Positions 35,691-46,114 of a stretch of DNA of 64,000 nt are shown here, piece by piece. Position numbers and translations under genes: made by a program. The stretch is from Candidatus Eiseniibacteriota bacterium. Its GTDB lineage: Bacteria > Eisenbacteria > RBG-16-71-46 > JABDJR01. Each line of letters begins with the position of its first letter. The stretch's first letter is position 1. Below the pieces are notes generated by a model, which had not been told where the DNA came from, ran no database searches, and was given only the letters and a program-made list of their open reading frames with translations. Location of the stretch: positions 868,981 through 932,980 of the forward strand of contig CAWANH010000029.1 in assembly GCA_963783375.1 (NCBI GenBank), written 5' to 3'.

Positions 35691-37658
35691 TCAGGGGAGC
35701 CGGACGACCTTGAACGCCGCCTGCGCCCCGCCCCCGACCGCGCGGACGAAGTAGAGTCCGGCCGGGGCCGGAGACCCGTCCCCGTCGCGTCCGTCCCACC
35801 GCAGATCCACCGTCTCACCTTCCGCCTCTCCGTCGTAGAGCCGTCGCACCTCCCGTCCCCGCGCGTCCCATACCGTGACCCGGGCCGGACCGGCGGGCAG
35901 GGTCACCCGGAAGCTCAGCGCCTCGCGGAAGGGGTTCCGCTCGGGAAGCCCCAGGGTCAGGCGCGGAATGGAACCGGCGACCGACGCGCGGGCCAGCACC
36001 GTCGTCCTGCCCCCACGGTCCAGGCCCACCAGCCGGTACTCCGCCCGTCCCGCCGATGGTCCGGCGTCCAGGATCTTCCCACTCGCCGGAGGGAGCCATC
36101 CCTCGTTGACCGCGGCCGTCAGCCCATCGCGCTCCCGCTCCACGCGCACCCCGGACAGCTCGTCGCTCTCCGCCAGTTCCCAGCCGATCTCCACCCCGCC
36201 CGCCGCCTCGGTGGCGGTGAAGCTCACCACCCGGACCGGAACGTAGGTCGCGGCATCGACAATGAAGTCGACGTAGCCCGACGCCACCCCCAGGGCGGCG
36301 TTCCCTTCGGGGGCCCCGGCCAATAGCTCCGCCCGGGCGTCGAGGTCCGAGGCGCGGCCGTTGAAGGACCCGGCGAAGCGCACCGAAGCCCCGAAGCGAT
36401 CGAACGCCTCGAAGCTCGGCACCGGCGGCGCCGGCCCGAGCCGGAGATCGGCGGAGATGTTGGGACTCGACCCACCGTAGTAGATCCGCACCTGGCCGGC
36501 GCGGGAACCGGGGTCGTCCACCCCCGGGGCTCCGGCCGCGAAGTCGGGAACACCGTCCCCGTTCATGTCGAAGCCGCCGTCCACCGCCACCCCCAGGCTG
36601 TCCCCCCCCGTGGTCCCGTTGGCCCACCAGGTGGAGAGGCTGTTCACGGTGAAGCCGCCGCGGAACAGGTAGATCGTCCCGGAGCCGAGGCCGGCGCTGT
36701 CCCGTCCCGGCGCCCCCACCAGGACGTCGTCGTAGCCGTCGCCGTTCTGGTCGCCGGCCCCGCTCACGTCCGCGCCGAAGCGGTCGGCTCCGGTTTGACC
36801 GGTGAGGGTCACCCGGGTCGGGGCGACAACGGTCGAGGCCTGGCCGAGCCAGATCACCGCGTGGCCGGGGTTCAGGTCCTCGAGCTGCGGCGCGCCGGCG
36901 ATGAGGTCGTCGTAGCCGTCCTTGTTGACGTCGCCCGCGGGGTCCAGGGAGTATCCGAGGTCCCATTTGGCCTGATCCCCGTAGAAGGTAAAGCTGGAAA
37001 CCAGGCCGGAGACGTTCCCCTTCCCGAGGAAGACCTTCACCTGGCCGGCCCGGAGCCCCGCGCCGTCCGGCCGGGTGTCGGTGATGGTGGGCGCGCCCAC
37101 CGCGAAGTCGGCGTACCCGTCCTTGTTGAAGTTGAAGCCGCCGGCCAGCGAAGCCCCGAAGCGCGCCCCGGGCAGGTCGCCGGTCCAGGACTTGTCCGGT
37201 CCCGAGGGAAGGGAACTCGCCCCGAAGAAGAGATACACCTTCCCCGCCCCGACCCCGGCCTGATCGTTCCCCGGCGCTCCCACCAGAAAATCGTCGTAGC
37301 CGTCGCCGTCGACGTCTCCCGCGGTGGACACCGCGAACCCGAACTCGTCGCCGCTCACCGCGCCGTAGTAGACCGCGTCCGGCGTTTCCGGGAAGACACC
37401 GTAGCGACCGAGGAAGAGCTGGACCAAGCCGGCGTGGCCGGCGGGACCGTTGGCGTCGGGCGCTCCCACCAGAAAATCGTCGTAGCCGTCGTGGTTCACG
37501 TCCCCCGCCCAGGCCACCGCCCGGCCGTAGCGGTCCCCGTCCTGGTCCCCGCTCAGGACCTGGGCCCCGGCCGGAACCCAGCTCCCAAGAAGCAGCCCCA
37601 GGACCCCCAGGACGGCCCAGCGGACGCACGACCTCGCGGAGCTATTCATCTGGAACAT
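35691..37658 (-). CDS. FG-GAP repeat (integrin-alpha-like beta-propeller) protein with a C-terminal Por/T9SS-type sorting domain (CTD, FlgD-Ig-like)
   Basis: MFQMNSSARSCVRWAVLGVLGLLLGSWVPAGAQV is a signal peptide. Seven or more repeats of GDVNxDGYDDFLVGAP follow. The terminal ~80 aa (NPFREALSFRVTLPAGPARVTVWDARGREVRRLYDGEAEGETVDLRWDGRDGDGSPAPAGLYFVRAVGGGAQAAFKVVRLP) match the TIGR04183-type CTD pattern. A GGAGAGGA RBS lies upstream. Confidence 0.8.
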   Translation of the reverse strand: MFQMNSSARSCVRWAVLGVLGLLLGSWVPAGAQVLSGDQDGDRYGRAVAWAGDVNHDGYDDFLVGAPDANGPAGHAGLVQLFLGRYGVFPETPDAVYYGAVSGDEFGFAVSTAGDVDGDGYDDFLVGAPGNDQAGVGAGKVYLFFGASSLPSGPDKSWTGDLPGARFGASLAGGFNFNKDGYADFAVGAPTITDTRPDGAGLRAGQVKVFLGKGNVSGLVSSFTFYGDQAKWDLGYSLDPAGDVNKDGYDDLIAGAPQLEDLNPGHAVIWLGQASTVVAPTRVTLTGQTGADRFGADVSGAGDQNGDGYDDVLVGAPGRDSAGLGSGTIYLFRGGFTVNSLSTWWANGTTGGDSLGVAVDGGFDMNGDGVPDFAAGAPGVDDPGSRAGQVRIYYGGSSPNISADLRLGPAPPVPSFEAFDRFGASVRFAGSFNGRASDLDARAELLAGAPEGNAALGVASGYVDFIVDAATYVPVRVVSFTATEAAGGVEIGWELAESDELSGVRVERERDGLTAAVNEGWLPPASGKILDAGPSAGRAEYRLVGLDRGGRTTVLARASVAGSIPRLTLGLPERNPFREALSFRVTLPAGPARVTVWDARGREVRRLYDGEAEGETVDLRWDGRDGDGSPAPAGLYFVRAVGGGAQAAFKVVRLP

Positions 37659-37756
37659 GAGATCCTCTCCATAATCCTTTACGGGTGTGTTGACTATGCC
37701 GAATGTGAATCCGGGAGTCCCACACGCCCTCTCCTCGGGTGGACGCCACCCGTTGG

Positions 37757-39862
37757 TTATCGGTCCCCGGGCCCGGGGTCTGAGCCCCCGGGCTCACCGG
37801 CTTCCGGCCCGGTCTCCTTTTCCCCCAGGCTCCCGGCGAGGGCCTCCAGGCTCTCGAGCGGCCGTCCACAGGCCCGCTCGCGGCAGACGTAGGCCCGCGC
37901 TCCGCGCTCCGGCGGGGTCATCTCCGCCGTGAAGGGGAGGAGCGCGACCAGGGGATCCCGGCCCGGCCGGCGACGGGCGGAGACCACCCGGGGAAGATAG
38001 CGCCGGGCCAGGTGCTCGACCATGTCCCGGGTCACCGGATCCTCGTCCGCCCCCGCCACCACGACCTCGTGCGGGGCGCCGAGCAGGAAGTCCAGGGCGG
38101 CCAGGGACTCGGGGTAGGCGGTGGGCATGGCGCGAAGCGCCCCTCCGAAGGCGGTGAGCGCGCGCTCCCCCGCCCGCCGGAGTTCCCCGTCTCCGGCCAG
38201 GTTCCCGAGCCTGAGGCACACCCCCGCGGCCACCCCGTTTCCGGAGGGATGGGCGCCGTCGTAGAGGGGCTTGTCCCGGGTGAGGAGCGCCTCGTGCTCC
38301 GGCGAGGTGAAGAAGAACCCGCCGCGCTCGCCGTCCTCGAACCGGCGCACCATCTCCCGGGCGATCTCCAGGGCGGCCCGGAGGCGCGCCGGATCGAACC
38401 CGGCCTGATACAGGTCGAAGAGGCCCCGGGCCAGGAACGCGTAATCGTCCAGGAAGCCGGGGATGTCGGCCGAGCCGTCGCGATAGCGGTGAAGGAGCCC
38501 GCGCTCGTCCCGGAGCGCGGTGAGGGCGAAGTCCGAGGCCTCGGAGGCGGCGCGAAGGAGGTCGGGAGCGTCGAGGACGCGAGCCCCCCGAGCGAGGGCC
38601 GAGATCATGAGGCCGTTCCAGTCGGTGAGCACCTTGTCGTCCAGCCCGGGGCGCACCCGATCGGCCCGCGCGCGGAAGAGCCGCTCCCGGGCCGCGGCGA
38701 GCCGCATCGCCACCGCGCCCGCGTCCGCGGAGAACCGCGCGGCCAGCGCGTCGTCCCCGGCCACCCGGGAGAGCACGGTGGCCCCGCCCTCGAAGTTCCC
38801 CCGCAGGGTGACCCCGTAGGCCGCGGAGAAGAGCGCGGCCTCCTCCGCCCCCAGCGTGTCCAGGATCTGGTCCGGAGTCCAGACGTAGAACCGTCCCTCC
38901 TCCCCCTCGCTGTCCGCATCCTCGGCGGAGTGGAACCCGCCCCGCGGGTCCCGGAGGTCCCGGAGCGCATAGTCGAAGATCTCCCGGGCCACCCCGGCGT
39001 GGCGCTCATGCCCGGTGGCCTGGTAGGCCTCCAGATAGGCCCCGGCCAGAAGGGCCTGGTCGTAGAGCATCTTCTCGAAATGGGGAACCAGCCAGGTGCG
39101 GTCGGTGGAGTAGCGCGCGAACCCGCCCCCCAGGTGGTCGCGAATTCCCCCCGAGGCCATCGCGTCCAGGGTGCCCTCGACCATCTCCAGGAGGTCGCGC
39201 TCCCCGGTCCGGTCGGAGCGGCGAAGCAGGAACGTCAAAACGTGGGGGCGCGGGAACTTGGGGGCGGCGCCGAATCCTCCTTCGAGGGAATCGTACTCCC
39301 GCCGGTAGCCGTCGGCGGCGGCCCGGAGCGCCTCCTCCCCCGGCTCCGCGGGCTCCCCCTCCCGGCGCTCGCGGACGAAGGCGGCCACCGTTTCCGCCGA
39401 GGCGTCCACCTGGTCCCGGGCGGTGGTCCAGGCTTGGTGGAGCTGTTCGAGGAGCCGCGCGAGCCCCGGCCGCCCGAAGCGATCCTCGGGGGGGAAGTAG
39501 GTCCCCCCGAAGAACGGCTTTCCCTCCGGGGTGAGGATCGCGGTCAGGGGCCATCCCCCGCTTCCGGTGAGCCCCTGCACCGCGGTCATGTACTGGGCGT
39601 CGACGTCGGGGCGCTCCTCGCGGTCCACCTTGACCGGCACGAAGTGGGCGTTCAGGTACGCCGCGATGGCCTTGTTCTCGAAGGACTCGTGGGCCATGAC
39701 GTGGCACCAGTGACAGGTGCTGTAGCCGATGGAGAGAAACACCGGCTTCCCCTCGCGGCGGGCCGTCTCGAAGGCCTCCGGGCCCCAGGGACGCCAGTCC
39801 ACCGGGTTCTCCGCGTGCTGGAGGAGATAGGGGCTCTTCTCGCCGGCCAGATGGTTGGGCAT
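37757..39862 (-). CDS. yyaL: thioredoxin-domain protein YyaL (DUF255 N-terminal thioredoxin-like domain + six-hairpin glycosidase-like domain)
   Basis: [61 protein letters not shown] is the DUF255 CxxC start. The protein is 701 aa. Confidence 0.88.
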   Translation of the reverse strand: MPNHLAGEKSPYLLQHAENPVDWRPWGPEAFETARREGKPVFLSIGYSTCHWCHVMAHESFENKAIAAYLNAHFVPVKVDREERPDVDAQYMTAVQGLTGSGGWPLTAILTPEGKPFFGGTYFPPEDRFGRPGLARLLEQLHQAWTTARDQVDASAETVAAFVRERREGEPAEPGEEALRAAADGYRREYDSLEGGFGAAPKFPRPHVLTFLLRRSDRTGERDLLEMVEGTLDAMASGGIRDHLGGGFARYSTDRTWLVPHFEKMLYDQALLAGAYLEAYQATGHERHAGVAREIFDYALRDLRDPRGGFHSAEDADSEGEEGRFYVWTPDQILDTLGAEEAALFSAAYGVTLRGNFEGGATVLSRVAGDDALAARFSADAGAVAMRLAAARERLFRARADRVRPGLDDKVLTDWNGLMISALARGARVLDAPDLLRAASEASDFALTALRDERGLLHRYRDGSADIPGFLDDYAFLARGLFDLYQAGFDPARLRAALEIAREMVRRFEDGERGGFFFTSPEHEALLTRDKPLYDGAHPSGNGVAAGVCLRLGNLAGDGELRRAGERALTAFGGALRAMPTAYPESLAALDFLLGAPHEVVVAGADEDPVTRDMVEHLARRYLPRVVSARRRPGRDPLVALLPFTAEMTPPERGARAYVCRERACGRPLESLEALAGSLGEKETGPEAGEPGGSDPGPGDR

Positions 39863-39978
39863 GGGATCTCCTTCTGCGGACGTTCGCGGGCACGCGGAAT
39901 CGAGGGTACAGGATGGCGCGAAGCGCGACGAGGTCCCCGGCTGGCCGGGGGGCGCGCGGTGGGGTACTGTTTCGGGCC

Positions 39979-40722
39979 GTGATCCATCTCGACCCGGTTC
40001 GCTTCGTGCTCGTCCGCCCCGAGGAAGCCGGCAACGTCGGCGCGGCGGCGCGGGTGCTCAAGAACTTCGGTCTCGGCCACCTGGTCCTGGTCTCCCCGCG
40101 CCTGGCCCGCCGGGCCGAGGCGGTGAAGTGGGCGCGCGGGGCGGAGGACGTGCTGGAGGGGGCGGACGTGGTGGACGATCTCGCCCAGGCGATCGAGCCC
40201 TGCGTTCGGGCCTGGGCGACCACCCGCCGGCGCGGAAGGCTCCGCGGCAGCTACCTGGGGGCGCGTGACGCGGCGGGGGAAGCGGCGGCCCTGGCCCGCT
40301 CGGCCCAGCCGTCGGCCTGGGTCTTCGGTCCGGAATCCCGAGGCCTCACCACCGGCGAAGTGGCCCTCTGCTCGGGGCGGGTCACCATCCCCACCTCCCC
40401 CGCCCAGCCTTCGCTCAACCTGGCCCAGGCGGTGGCGGTCTGCGCCTACGAGACCTGGATGGCCGCGCGCGAGGACGCTCCGGCGGCGCCTCGACGGGAG
40501 GTCCCCCTGGCCGATCGGGAGGCGCTCTACCGGCACCTGGAATCCGCGCTTCTTTCGGTGGGCTTTCTCCAACCTCACACCGCGGCCAGTCGGATGGCCG
40601 TGCTCCGCCGGCTCCTGGAACGGGCATCGCTCGCCCCCGCCGAGGTTCGATTCCTCCGGGGACTGGCGCGACAGGTCGGCTGGGCCGGAGCGCGCGCAGG
40701 CGAGGACCCGGAGGGGCGCTGA
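39979..40722 (+). CDS. trmJ: tRNA (cytidine/uridine-2'-O)-methyltransferase TrmJ (SpoU/TrmH family)
   Basis: [34 protein letters not shown]...[44 protein letters not shown] is collinear with E. coli TrmJ, including the C-terminal extension. The GTG at 39979 is preferred over the ATG at 39913 (track) because the latter sits only 50 nt from the divergent yyaL start and adds an Arg/Gly-rich tail. Confidence 0.7.
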   Translation: MIHLDPVRFVLVRPEEAGNVGAAARVLKNFGLGHLVLVSPRLARRAEAVKWARGAEDVLEGADVVDDLAQAIEPCVRAWATTRRRGRLRGSYLGARDAAGEAAALARSAQPSAWVFGPESRGLTTGEVALCSGRVTIPTSPAQPSLNLAQAVAVCAYETWMAAREDAPAAPRREVPLADREALYRHLESALLSVGFLQPHTAASRMAVLRRLLERASLAPAEVRFLRGLARQVGWAGARAGEDPEGR

Positions 40723-40742
40723 TCGGGGCGGCGAGGCCTCGA

Positions 40743-41612
40743 TCAGGCGGCGCGGCGGGAGTCGTCGGCGGGCGACGGGGGCGCCGAGCGCAGGCGCCGC
40801 CGGATCCGCCCCACCAGGCGCAGGACCCGTTCCCCATCCCGTGCCTTGGCGGCCACGATGCCGGCGTGCTCCGCGAAGAGGCACAGCACCCGGAGTTCGT
40901 CTTCGACGAAGGTCACCGCGGGGTTTCCGGTGCTGACGCTCAGAACCCCGACCACCCGCTCCCGCACGACCACCGGAGCCACCATGGACGAGTGGATGCG
41001 GCGGCGCTTGGGCTGGAAGGCGGGGAATCTCCGGGTATCCACCTCATCCCCGAGGATGAGCGGGGTGCGGTTCATGGCCACCGTACCGGCCACGCTCTCT
41101 CCCAGGCGCACCCGGGCGTTCCGGATCAGGGCCACGTCCTGGTGTCCCGAGAACGCGGTCACCACCAGTTCGCCGCTGGCCCGGTCCAGCATCATGAGGC
41201 TGGCCTCTTCGCAGTCGAAACAGTCGAGGCAGGAATCGACGATCACCTGCCCCAGTTCGGCAACCGAGGTCTTGGAACTCACGGCCCGGGTCACGTTGAG
41301 GAGCGAGACCAGGTAATCCAGCGGGGGGCGGACCGGACGCTCGACCAACCCGGGGCGTCGATGAGGGCCTTCCGCCCGGCGACGACGCCAGACGAGGAGC
41401 TCCAGCCCCTTGAGCCCCAGAGCGGCCGATCCCACTCCCAGAACCCAGGACCCGGACCCCACGCCCCAGGTGAGCATGCCCAGGAGAACGACCAGGGAGA
41501 GTCCGGACCCCCATTCAAGGGCCATCAGGCTCCGATCCCCCGAGCGGGAGTACCGCCGGGAGACGGCTTCTGGGTTGGCGGGCTTTGTTGCGGCCATGGT
41601 GTCTGGTCCCAT
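40743..41612 (-). CDS. GAF domain-containing membrane protein
   Basis: Two N-terminal TM segments are followed by a GAF-like fold (SVAELGQVIVDSCLDCFDCEEASLMMLDRASGELVVTAFSG...ESVAGTVAMNRTPLILGDEVDT). The protein is 289 aa. Confidence 0.6.
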   Translation of the reverse strand: MGPDTMAATKPANPEAVSRRYSRSGDRSLMALEWGSGLSLVVLLGMLTWGVGSGSWVLGVGSAALGLKGLELLVWRRRRAEGPHRRPGLVERPVRPPLDYLVSLLNVTRAVSSKTSVAELGQVIVDSCLDCFDCEEASLMMLDRASGELVVTAFSGHQDVALIRNARVRLGESVAGTVAMNRTPLILGDEVDTRRFPAFQPKRRRIHSSMVAPVVVRERVVGVLSVSTGNPAVTFVEDELRVLCLFAEHAGIVAAKARDGERVLRLVGRIRRRLRSAPPSPADDSRRAA

Positions 41613-41811
41613 TTATCGGCTCCGGGGGCCCCGGATTGAGCCCATTCCCCCTCGATCACGCCTTTTGCCCCCCACGCGAACCATGTATCATCTCGCGGCC
41701 CAATTTCGCGGAGGGATGCCGGCTCCGCCGCCCGGCGTCCGGCCCCTCCACCCAGGAAGGAGTCCTCCGCCCGTGCCCATCCGCGCCCTCGATTCCCGGT
41801 CCCGCCGGTTC

Positions 41812-42549
41812 ATGGCCGAGGTCCAGGAGTTCGCGCGGCTCCTGGGCGCGGGATGGGTCGGGAGCCGGGACGCCTGGCACTATCGCCGGCAGATCATGGA
41901 ATCCATCATGGCCTTCGGGGTGTCGGCGATTCCCCTGGTGGTCCTGGCCGCGCTCTTCATCGGGTTGGTGCTGGCCCTGGAGTGGGGCACCAAGCTCGAG
42001 CCCTTCGGGGCCAAGTTCCTGATGGGCCGCATCGTTTCGGTGGGAGTGATCCGGGAGATCGGCCCGGTGGTGACCGGGCTCATGGTGGCGGGACGGACCG
42101 GGGCCAAGATGGCCGCGGAGATCGGCTCCATGCAGGTCACCGAGCAGATCAACGCGCTCCGCGCCCTGGGGGTGGAGCCGGTGCCCCGGCTGGTCATGCC
42201 CCGCCAGATCGCCAGCATGATCACCATGCTCCCCCTCACCATGATCGGCGACGTGGTGGCGATCCTGGGGGGGTACTACGTGGCCGTGACCTGGCTCAAC
42301 ATCTCGGCGCATTCCTTCTGGGAGGGGGCGCTCAAGAGCCTGACCTTCAAGGATCTCGCGGTGGGATTCCTGAAGCCGGTCTTCTTCGGGTACATCATCG
42401 CCTCCGTCAGCGCCTACTACGGGATGGCCACCCGGGGCGGGGCGAGCGGGGTGGGCGAAAACGCCACCCGCGCGGTGATGTACAGTTCCCTGAGCGTACT
42501 GGTCACCGACTTCATCCTGGGCAAGCTCATTCTGGCCATCTTCGGGTAG
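41812..42549 (+). CDS. mlaE: ABC transporter permease MlaE (phospholipid/toluene-tolerance Ttg2B family)
   Basis: Start at 41812 gives MAEVQEFARLLGAGWV...GPVVTGLMVAGRTGAKMAAEIGSMQVTEQINALRALGVEPVPRLVMPRQIAS, which is collinear with E. coli MlaE. An alternative upstream ATG lies at 41683. Confidence 0.8.
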   Translation: MAEVQEFARLLGAGWVGSRDAWHYRRQIMESIMAFGVSAIPLVVLAALFIGLVLALEWGTKLEPFGAKFLMGRIVSVGVIREIGPVVTGLMVAGRTGAKMAAEIGSMQVTEQINALRALGVEPVPRLVMPRQIASMITMLPLTMIGDVVAILGGYYVAVTWLNISAHSFWEGALKSLTFKDLAVGFLKPVFFGYIIASVSAYYGMATRGGASGVGENATRAVMYSSLSVLVTDFILGKLILAIFG

Positions 42550-42554
42550 GAAAC

Positions 42555-43346
42555 ATGCACGTGCGGACGGAAGGACAATGCGAGGCGCCGAAATCGACCG
42601 GGGCGCCCCCCCAGGTGATTCTGGAACTGGACGGCGTCAGCCTGCAGTTCGACGACGAGCCGGTGCTGACGGATTTGAGCCTCCGCATCCGTCGCGGGGA
42701 GACCCGGGTGATCCTGGGCCCGAGCGGGGCCGGTAAGAGCACGATCCTGAAGTTGGCCCTGGGCCTCATCCGCCCCGACCAGGGCCGGGTACGGGCGTTC
42801 GGCACCGACATCACCGACCTCCCCGACCGCGATCTCCGGACCCTGCGCCACCGCATGGGTATGGTCTTCCAGGGAGGCGCGCTCTTCGACTCCCTGAGCG
42901 TGGCCGAGAACGTCGGGTTCTGCATGATGGAGAACCACAACCTGTCCCTGGAAGAGACCGCGCCGGTGGTCCGGGAGCGGCTCGCCTACGTGGGGCTGGA
43001 GGACGCCTTCGATCTCATGCCGTCCGAGCTCTCGGGAGGAATGACCAAGCGGGTGGCGGTGGCACGCGCCACGGTCTGCCACCCGGAGCTCATGCTCTAC
43101 GACGAGCCGACCTCGGGCCTGGACCCGATCTCCACCCGGCGGCTCAACAACCTCATCAATCGTCTCCGCGACGATCTTCACGTGACGTCGGTGGTCGTGA
43201 CCCATATCCTGAGGGACGCCCGGGCGGTGGGCGACAGCATCACCATGATCCACGAGGGGCGGGTCATCTTCGACGGCGGCGTCGACGAGATCGACCGGTG
43301 CCCCGATCCCCTCGTCCAGGACTTCATTTCCGAGAGAGGACTCTGA
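42555..43346 (+). CDS. mlaF: ABC transporter ATP-binding protein MlaF
   Basis: Walker A GPSGAGKST, the signature LSGGMTKRVAVARA and Walker B LMLYDEPTSGLD are present. The protein is 263 aa and the gene is 5 nt after mlaE. Confidence 0.88.
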   Translation: MHVRTEGQCEAPKSTGAPPQVILELDGVSLQFDDEPVLTDLSLRIRRGETRVILGPSGAGKSTILKLALGLIRPDQGRVRAFGTDITDLPDRDLRTLRHRMGMVFQGGALFDSLSVAENVGFCMMENHNLSLEETAPVVRERLAYVGLEDAFDLMPSELSGGMTKRVAVARATVCHPELMLYDEPTSGLDPISTRRLNNLINRLRDDLHVTSVVVTHILRDARAVGDSITMIHEGRVIFDGGVDEIDRCPDPLVQDFISERGL

Positions 43347-43352
43347 CCGGCC

Positions 43353-44315
43353 ATGAACCAACGCCAGCCGCCGGGGTGGCGCACCCTCCGGGTGGGGATC
43401 TTCTTCCTTCTCTCCACCGTCATCCTCCTCGGGTTTCTCTTCGTGGTGGGCACCAACCAGCACCTGTTCACCCGGCATTACGATCTGGTGCTCGAGCTCA
43501 GCAACACCCAGGGCCTGGCCAAGGGGGCCCGGGTGGCGCTGTCCGGCCTGGAGGTGGGGCGGGTCAGCGACATCCGTTTCGTGGACCTCGACACCACGAG
43601 GGCGCTCCAGGTGACCATGGCCATCGAACGCTCCCAGCGGAATCGCATCAACGCCACCTCGGTGGCCACCATCCGCACGGTGGGGATCCTGGGGGACAAG
43701 TTCATCGACATCAGCCTGGGGGACCCGGACTTGCCGCCGCTCCCCGATGGCTCGCCCCTGCCCGTGCGGGGCGAAATCGACTGGACCGAGACCTTCACGC
43801 GGGCCACCGACGCCATCGACGACTTCACCGCCTTCCTCCGGAAAGCCGGCACCGCCCTGGACTCGGTGAACGCGGGCCGGGGGAGCCTGGGGCTGCTCGT
43901 GAACGACCAGCCCACCGCCGAACGGTTGCGTCAGGCCACCGCCGATCTCGCCGCGGTGACCCGCTCCCTGCGATCCGGGGACGGCACCGCGGCCCACCTC
44001 CTCGCCGATCCCGGAACCTTCCGGAAGCTCGACGGGATCCTCACCCGGCTGGATCGGCTCACCGCCGAGGCCGACTCCGGGAACGGGGCCCTGGCCCGCG
44101 TCCTCTCCGATGAGGACCTCGGAGACCGGCTGGCCGGCCTGATTGCCGGCTCGGACAGCCTGATCACCGCCATCCGCAGCCGGGGGACGACGGGACGGCT
44201 GATCGAGGACGCCGAGCTCTATGAGGAGATGACCGGGACCCTGACCGAGCTTCGGACCCTTCTCGAAGACATGAAGAAGAACCCCCGGAAGTACCTCAAA
44301 GTCTCTGTATTCTAA
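43353..44315 (+). CDS. mlaD: MCE-family substrate-binding protein MlaD
   Basis: An N-terminal TM anchor (RVGIFFLLSTVILLGFLFVV) is followed by an MCE domain (LSNTQGLAKGARVALSGLEVGRVSDI). The protein is 320 aa with a long C-terminal helical region. Confidence 0.85.
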   Translation: MNQRQPPGWRTLRVGIFFLLSTVILLGFLFVVGTNQHLFTRHYDLVLELSNTQGLAKGARVALSGLEVGRVSDIRFVDLDTTRALQVTMAIERSQRNRINATSVATIRTVGILGDKFIDISLGDPDLPPLPDGSPLPVRGEIDWTETFTRATDAIDDFTAFLRKAGTALDSVNAGRGSLGLLVNDQPTAERLRQATADLAAVTRSLRSGDGTAAHLLADPGTFRKLDGILTRLDRLTAEADSGNGALARVLSDEDLGDRLAGLIAGSDSLITAIRSRGTTGRLIEDAELYEEMTGTLTELRTLLEDMKKNPRKYLKVSVF

Positions 44316-44459
44316 TCAGTTCCAGCCTGCACTTCGCCTCGATCCTCAATAGCTTTTCGTTCGGCCTGCCCGGTTCCGTCTCAAGGCGGCTCCACGCCTC
44401 ATCGATAACAGGGCAACCGGCGGGACTCCCTCGCCGGCGGGAGCACCGAAAGGAAGGCC

Positions 44460-44882
44460 ATGCAGAACCGAGCCCGCCGCCGCCAGGCCGCCGTCCAGTC
44501 TCCCGGATCCGGGACGGCCTGGACCGTGCTCGGTCCGGGCTGCCTGATCCAGGGGGACCTCATCCTCTCCGGGGACGTGATCATCCACGGGCGGGTGGAA
44601 GGCGCCGTCTTCACCGACGGCGAGGTGCGGGTCGCCGCCCTCGGTTCGGTGGAGGGCGGGGTACACGCTCCCCGGGTGGTGGTCGAAGGAACCTGCCGCG
44701 GTCGGGTGGAGGGAAGCGAGGAGGTGATCCTTGCCGCCGGCTCCATGGTCCACGCGGACGTCGAGGCGGCGGTTCTCACCATCGAGGAGGGGGCCCGGTT
44801 CTTCGGACTCCATCGGGTAGGGGGTCCCCCGGAGGGGCCCCGGATCCTTCCCTACGAGAACCGCGACCCCGGCCACGCCTGA
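44460..44882 (+). CDS. bactofilin family cytoskeletal protein (DUF583)
   Basis: GDVIIHGRVEGAVFTDGEVRVAALGSVEGGVHAPRVVVEGTCRGRVEGSEEVILAAGSMVHADVEAAVLTIEEGARFFG shows the characteristic bactofilin beta-helix repeats. A GAAAGGAAGG RBS lies upstream. Confidence 0.85.
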   Translation: MQNRARRRQAAVQSPGSGTAWTVLGPGCLIQGDLILSGDVIIHGRVEGAVFTDGEVRVAALGSVEGGVHAPRVVVEGTCRGRVEGSEEVILAAGSMVHADVEAAVLTIEEGARFFGLHRVGGPPEGPRILPYENRDPGHA

Positions 44883-45011
44883 TCCCCCCGCGATAACCTC
44901 AATCCGTTTCAGTGCGCTTGGAGAACCCGGTGGTTCCCTGTATCCTCTGCGCGGCCGTCGCCGGTGGAAAACCGTTCCTCCGGAGGGAGGCGGCCCACCC
45001 GGAGGAAAGCG

Positions 45012-45347
45012 GTGGCATTGAAGCGCGTTCCCATCCCCACGGGGCTCGATATCGACGACGACGGCGCGACGGTGGCCGTGATCTGGCCGGGCAACCGCAT
45101 CGACCGGCTGGCCGCCTTCGAACTCCGCGCGGTCTGCCCCTGCGCCCGATGTGTGGACGAGATCACCGGAAAGCGGACGCTCAAATTGGTGGACGTCGAT
45201 CCCGACGTCCGGGCGGTGGCGGTGGGGCGGGTCGGTCGTTACGCCCTGCAGATCCGCTGGAGCGATGGGCACGACACCGGGATCTACACCTACGAGGACC
45301 TCTTCGAGGGGAAGCTCCGCCGGGACGAGGCGGGGAGCGACGGGTAG
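45012..45347 (+). CDS. DUF971 family protein (gamma-butyrobetaine hydroxylase-like N-terminal zinc-ribbon domain)
   Basis: The CPCARCVDEITGKR...IRWSDGHDTGIYTYEDL pattern is typical of DUF971. A GTG start at 45012 is preceded by GGAGGAAAG. Track ORF 44964 has a junk-like Arg-rich extension. Confidence 0.6.
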   Translation: MALKRVPIPTGLDIDDDGATVAVIWPGNRIDRLAAFELRAVCPCARCVDEITGKRTLKLVDVDPDVRAVAVGRVGRYALQIRWSDGHDTGIYTYEDLFEGKLRRDEAGSDG

Positions 45348-45414
45348 GCCATCCGCCGGACGGATCCGGCGCGCGGACGGCGGCGGACCGCCGGTGCGGG
45401 AACACTTCTGAGGC

Positions 45415-46047
45415 TTGGGAAAGGACGTGGAGGGGACCATGACGGGAATCGCTTCACCGAAGACTGAGATGCGGGAAGGCGCTTCGGGAACCGGGGAGCA
45501 TCCGGACTGGAGCGGCCGGGCAGCGGCGACGTGGCTCAGCGAACTGGCGAACGGCGGGGTACTCCCCGGCGGCCGGGCGCTGGTGCCGTCGGCGGAGATG
45601 ATCGATGAGGCGGTGGCCCTGGCCCGTGCCGGCTACCGGGTCCAGATGGTCGATCCCTCCGGTGACGCCCTGAGCCGGGCCAAGCAGACGGCCCGGGCCG
45701 CGAAGGTCGGCATCGACACCATCCAGGGGAATTTCTTCCGGGTCAGCACGCCGCTCTACGGCACCGTGAACCTGGTGGCCGACCGCACGCTCTTCCCCAC
45801 CCTGGGGCCGATCAGCCGCCCGGACTGGGTCTTCCTCCTGGCTCGCCTCCTTCCCCGGGACGGGAAGCTCGCCGCGCTTTTCCGCGTGGCCCAGGGAGGG
45901 CCGGGTCCGGCTTCTCCCTACCTCATCACCGAGAAGGAGATCCGAGGGCTTCTGGAGCGCAATTTCTTCGTCGAGCAGCTCCAGCCGTCCGGGCCCTCGG
46001 CTCCGGGAGCGGTGCAGATCTGGCGGGGCATCTTCCGCCGGAAGTAG
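45415..46047 (+). CDS. SAM-dependent methyltransferase, thiopurine S-methyltransferase (TPMT)-like
   Basis: WSGRAAATWLSELANGGVLPGGRALVPSAEMIDEAVALARAGYRVQMVDPSGDAL resembles TPMT family motif I. Confidence 0.55.
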   Translation: MGKDVEGTMTGIASPKTEMREGASGTGEHPDWSGRAAATWLSELANGGVLPGGRALVPSAEMIDEAVALARAGYRVQMVDPSGDALSRAKQTARAAKVGIDTIQGNFFRVSTPLYGTVNLVADRTLFPTLGPISRPDWVFLLARLLPRDGKLAALFRVAQGGPGPASPYLITEKEIRGLLERNFFVEQLQPSGPSAPGAVQIWRGIFRRK

Positions 46048-46114
46048 CTCCGCGCGGCCGTCACGCGCCCGGTCGCCTCGATTCCCCCCGGACGGGGCGG
46101 ATTCGGCCCATCCC

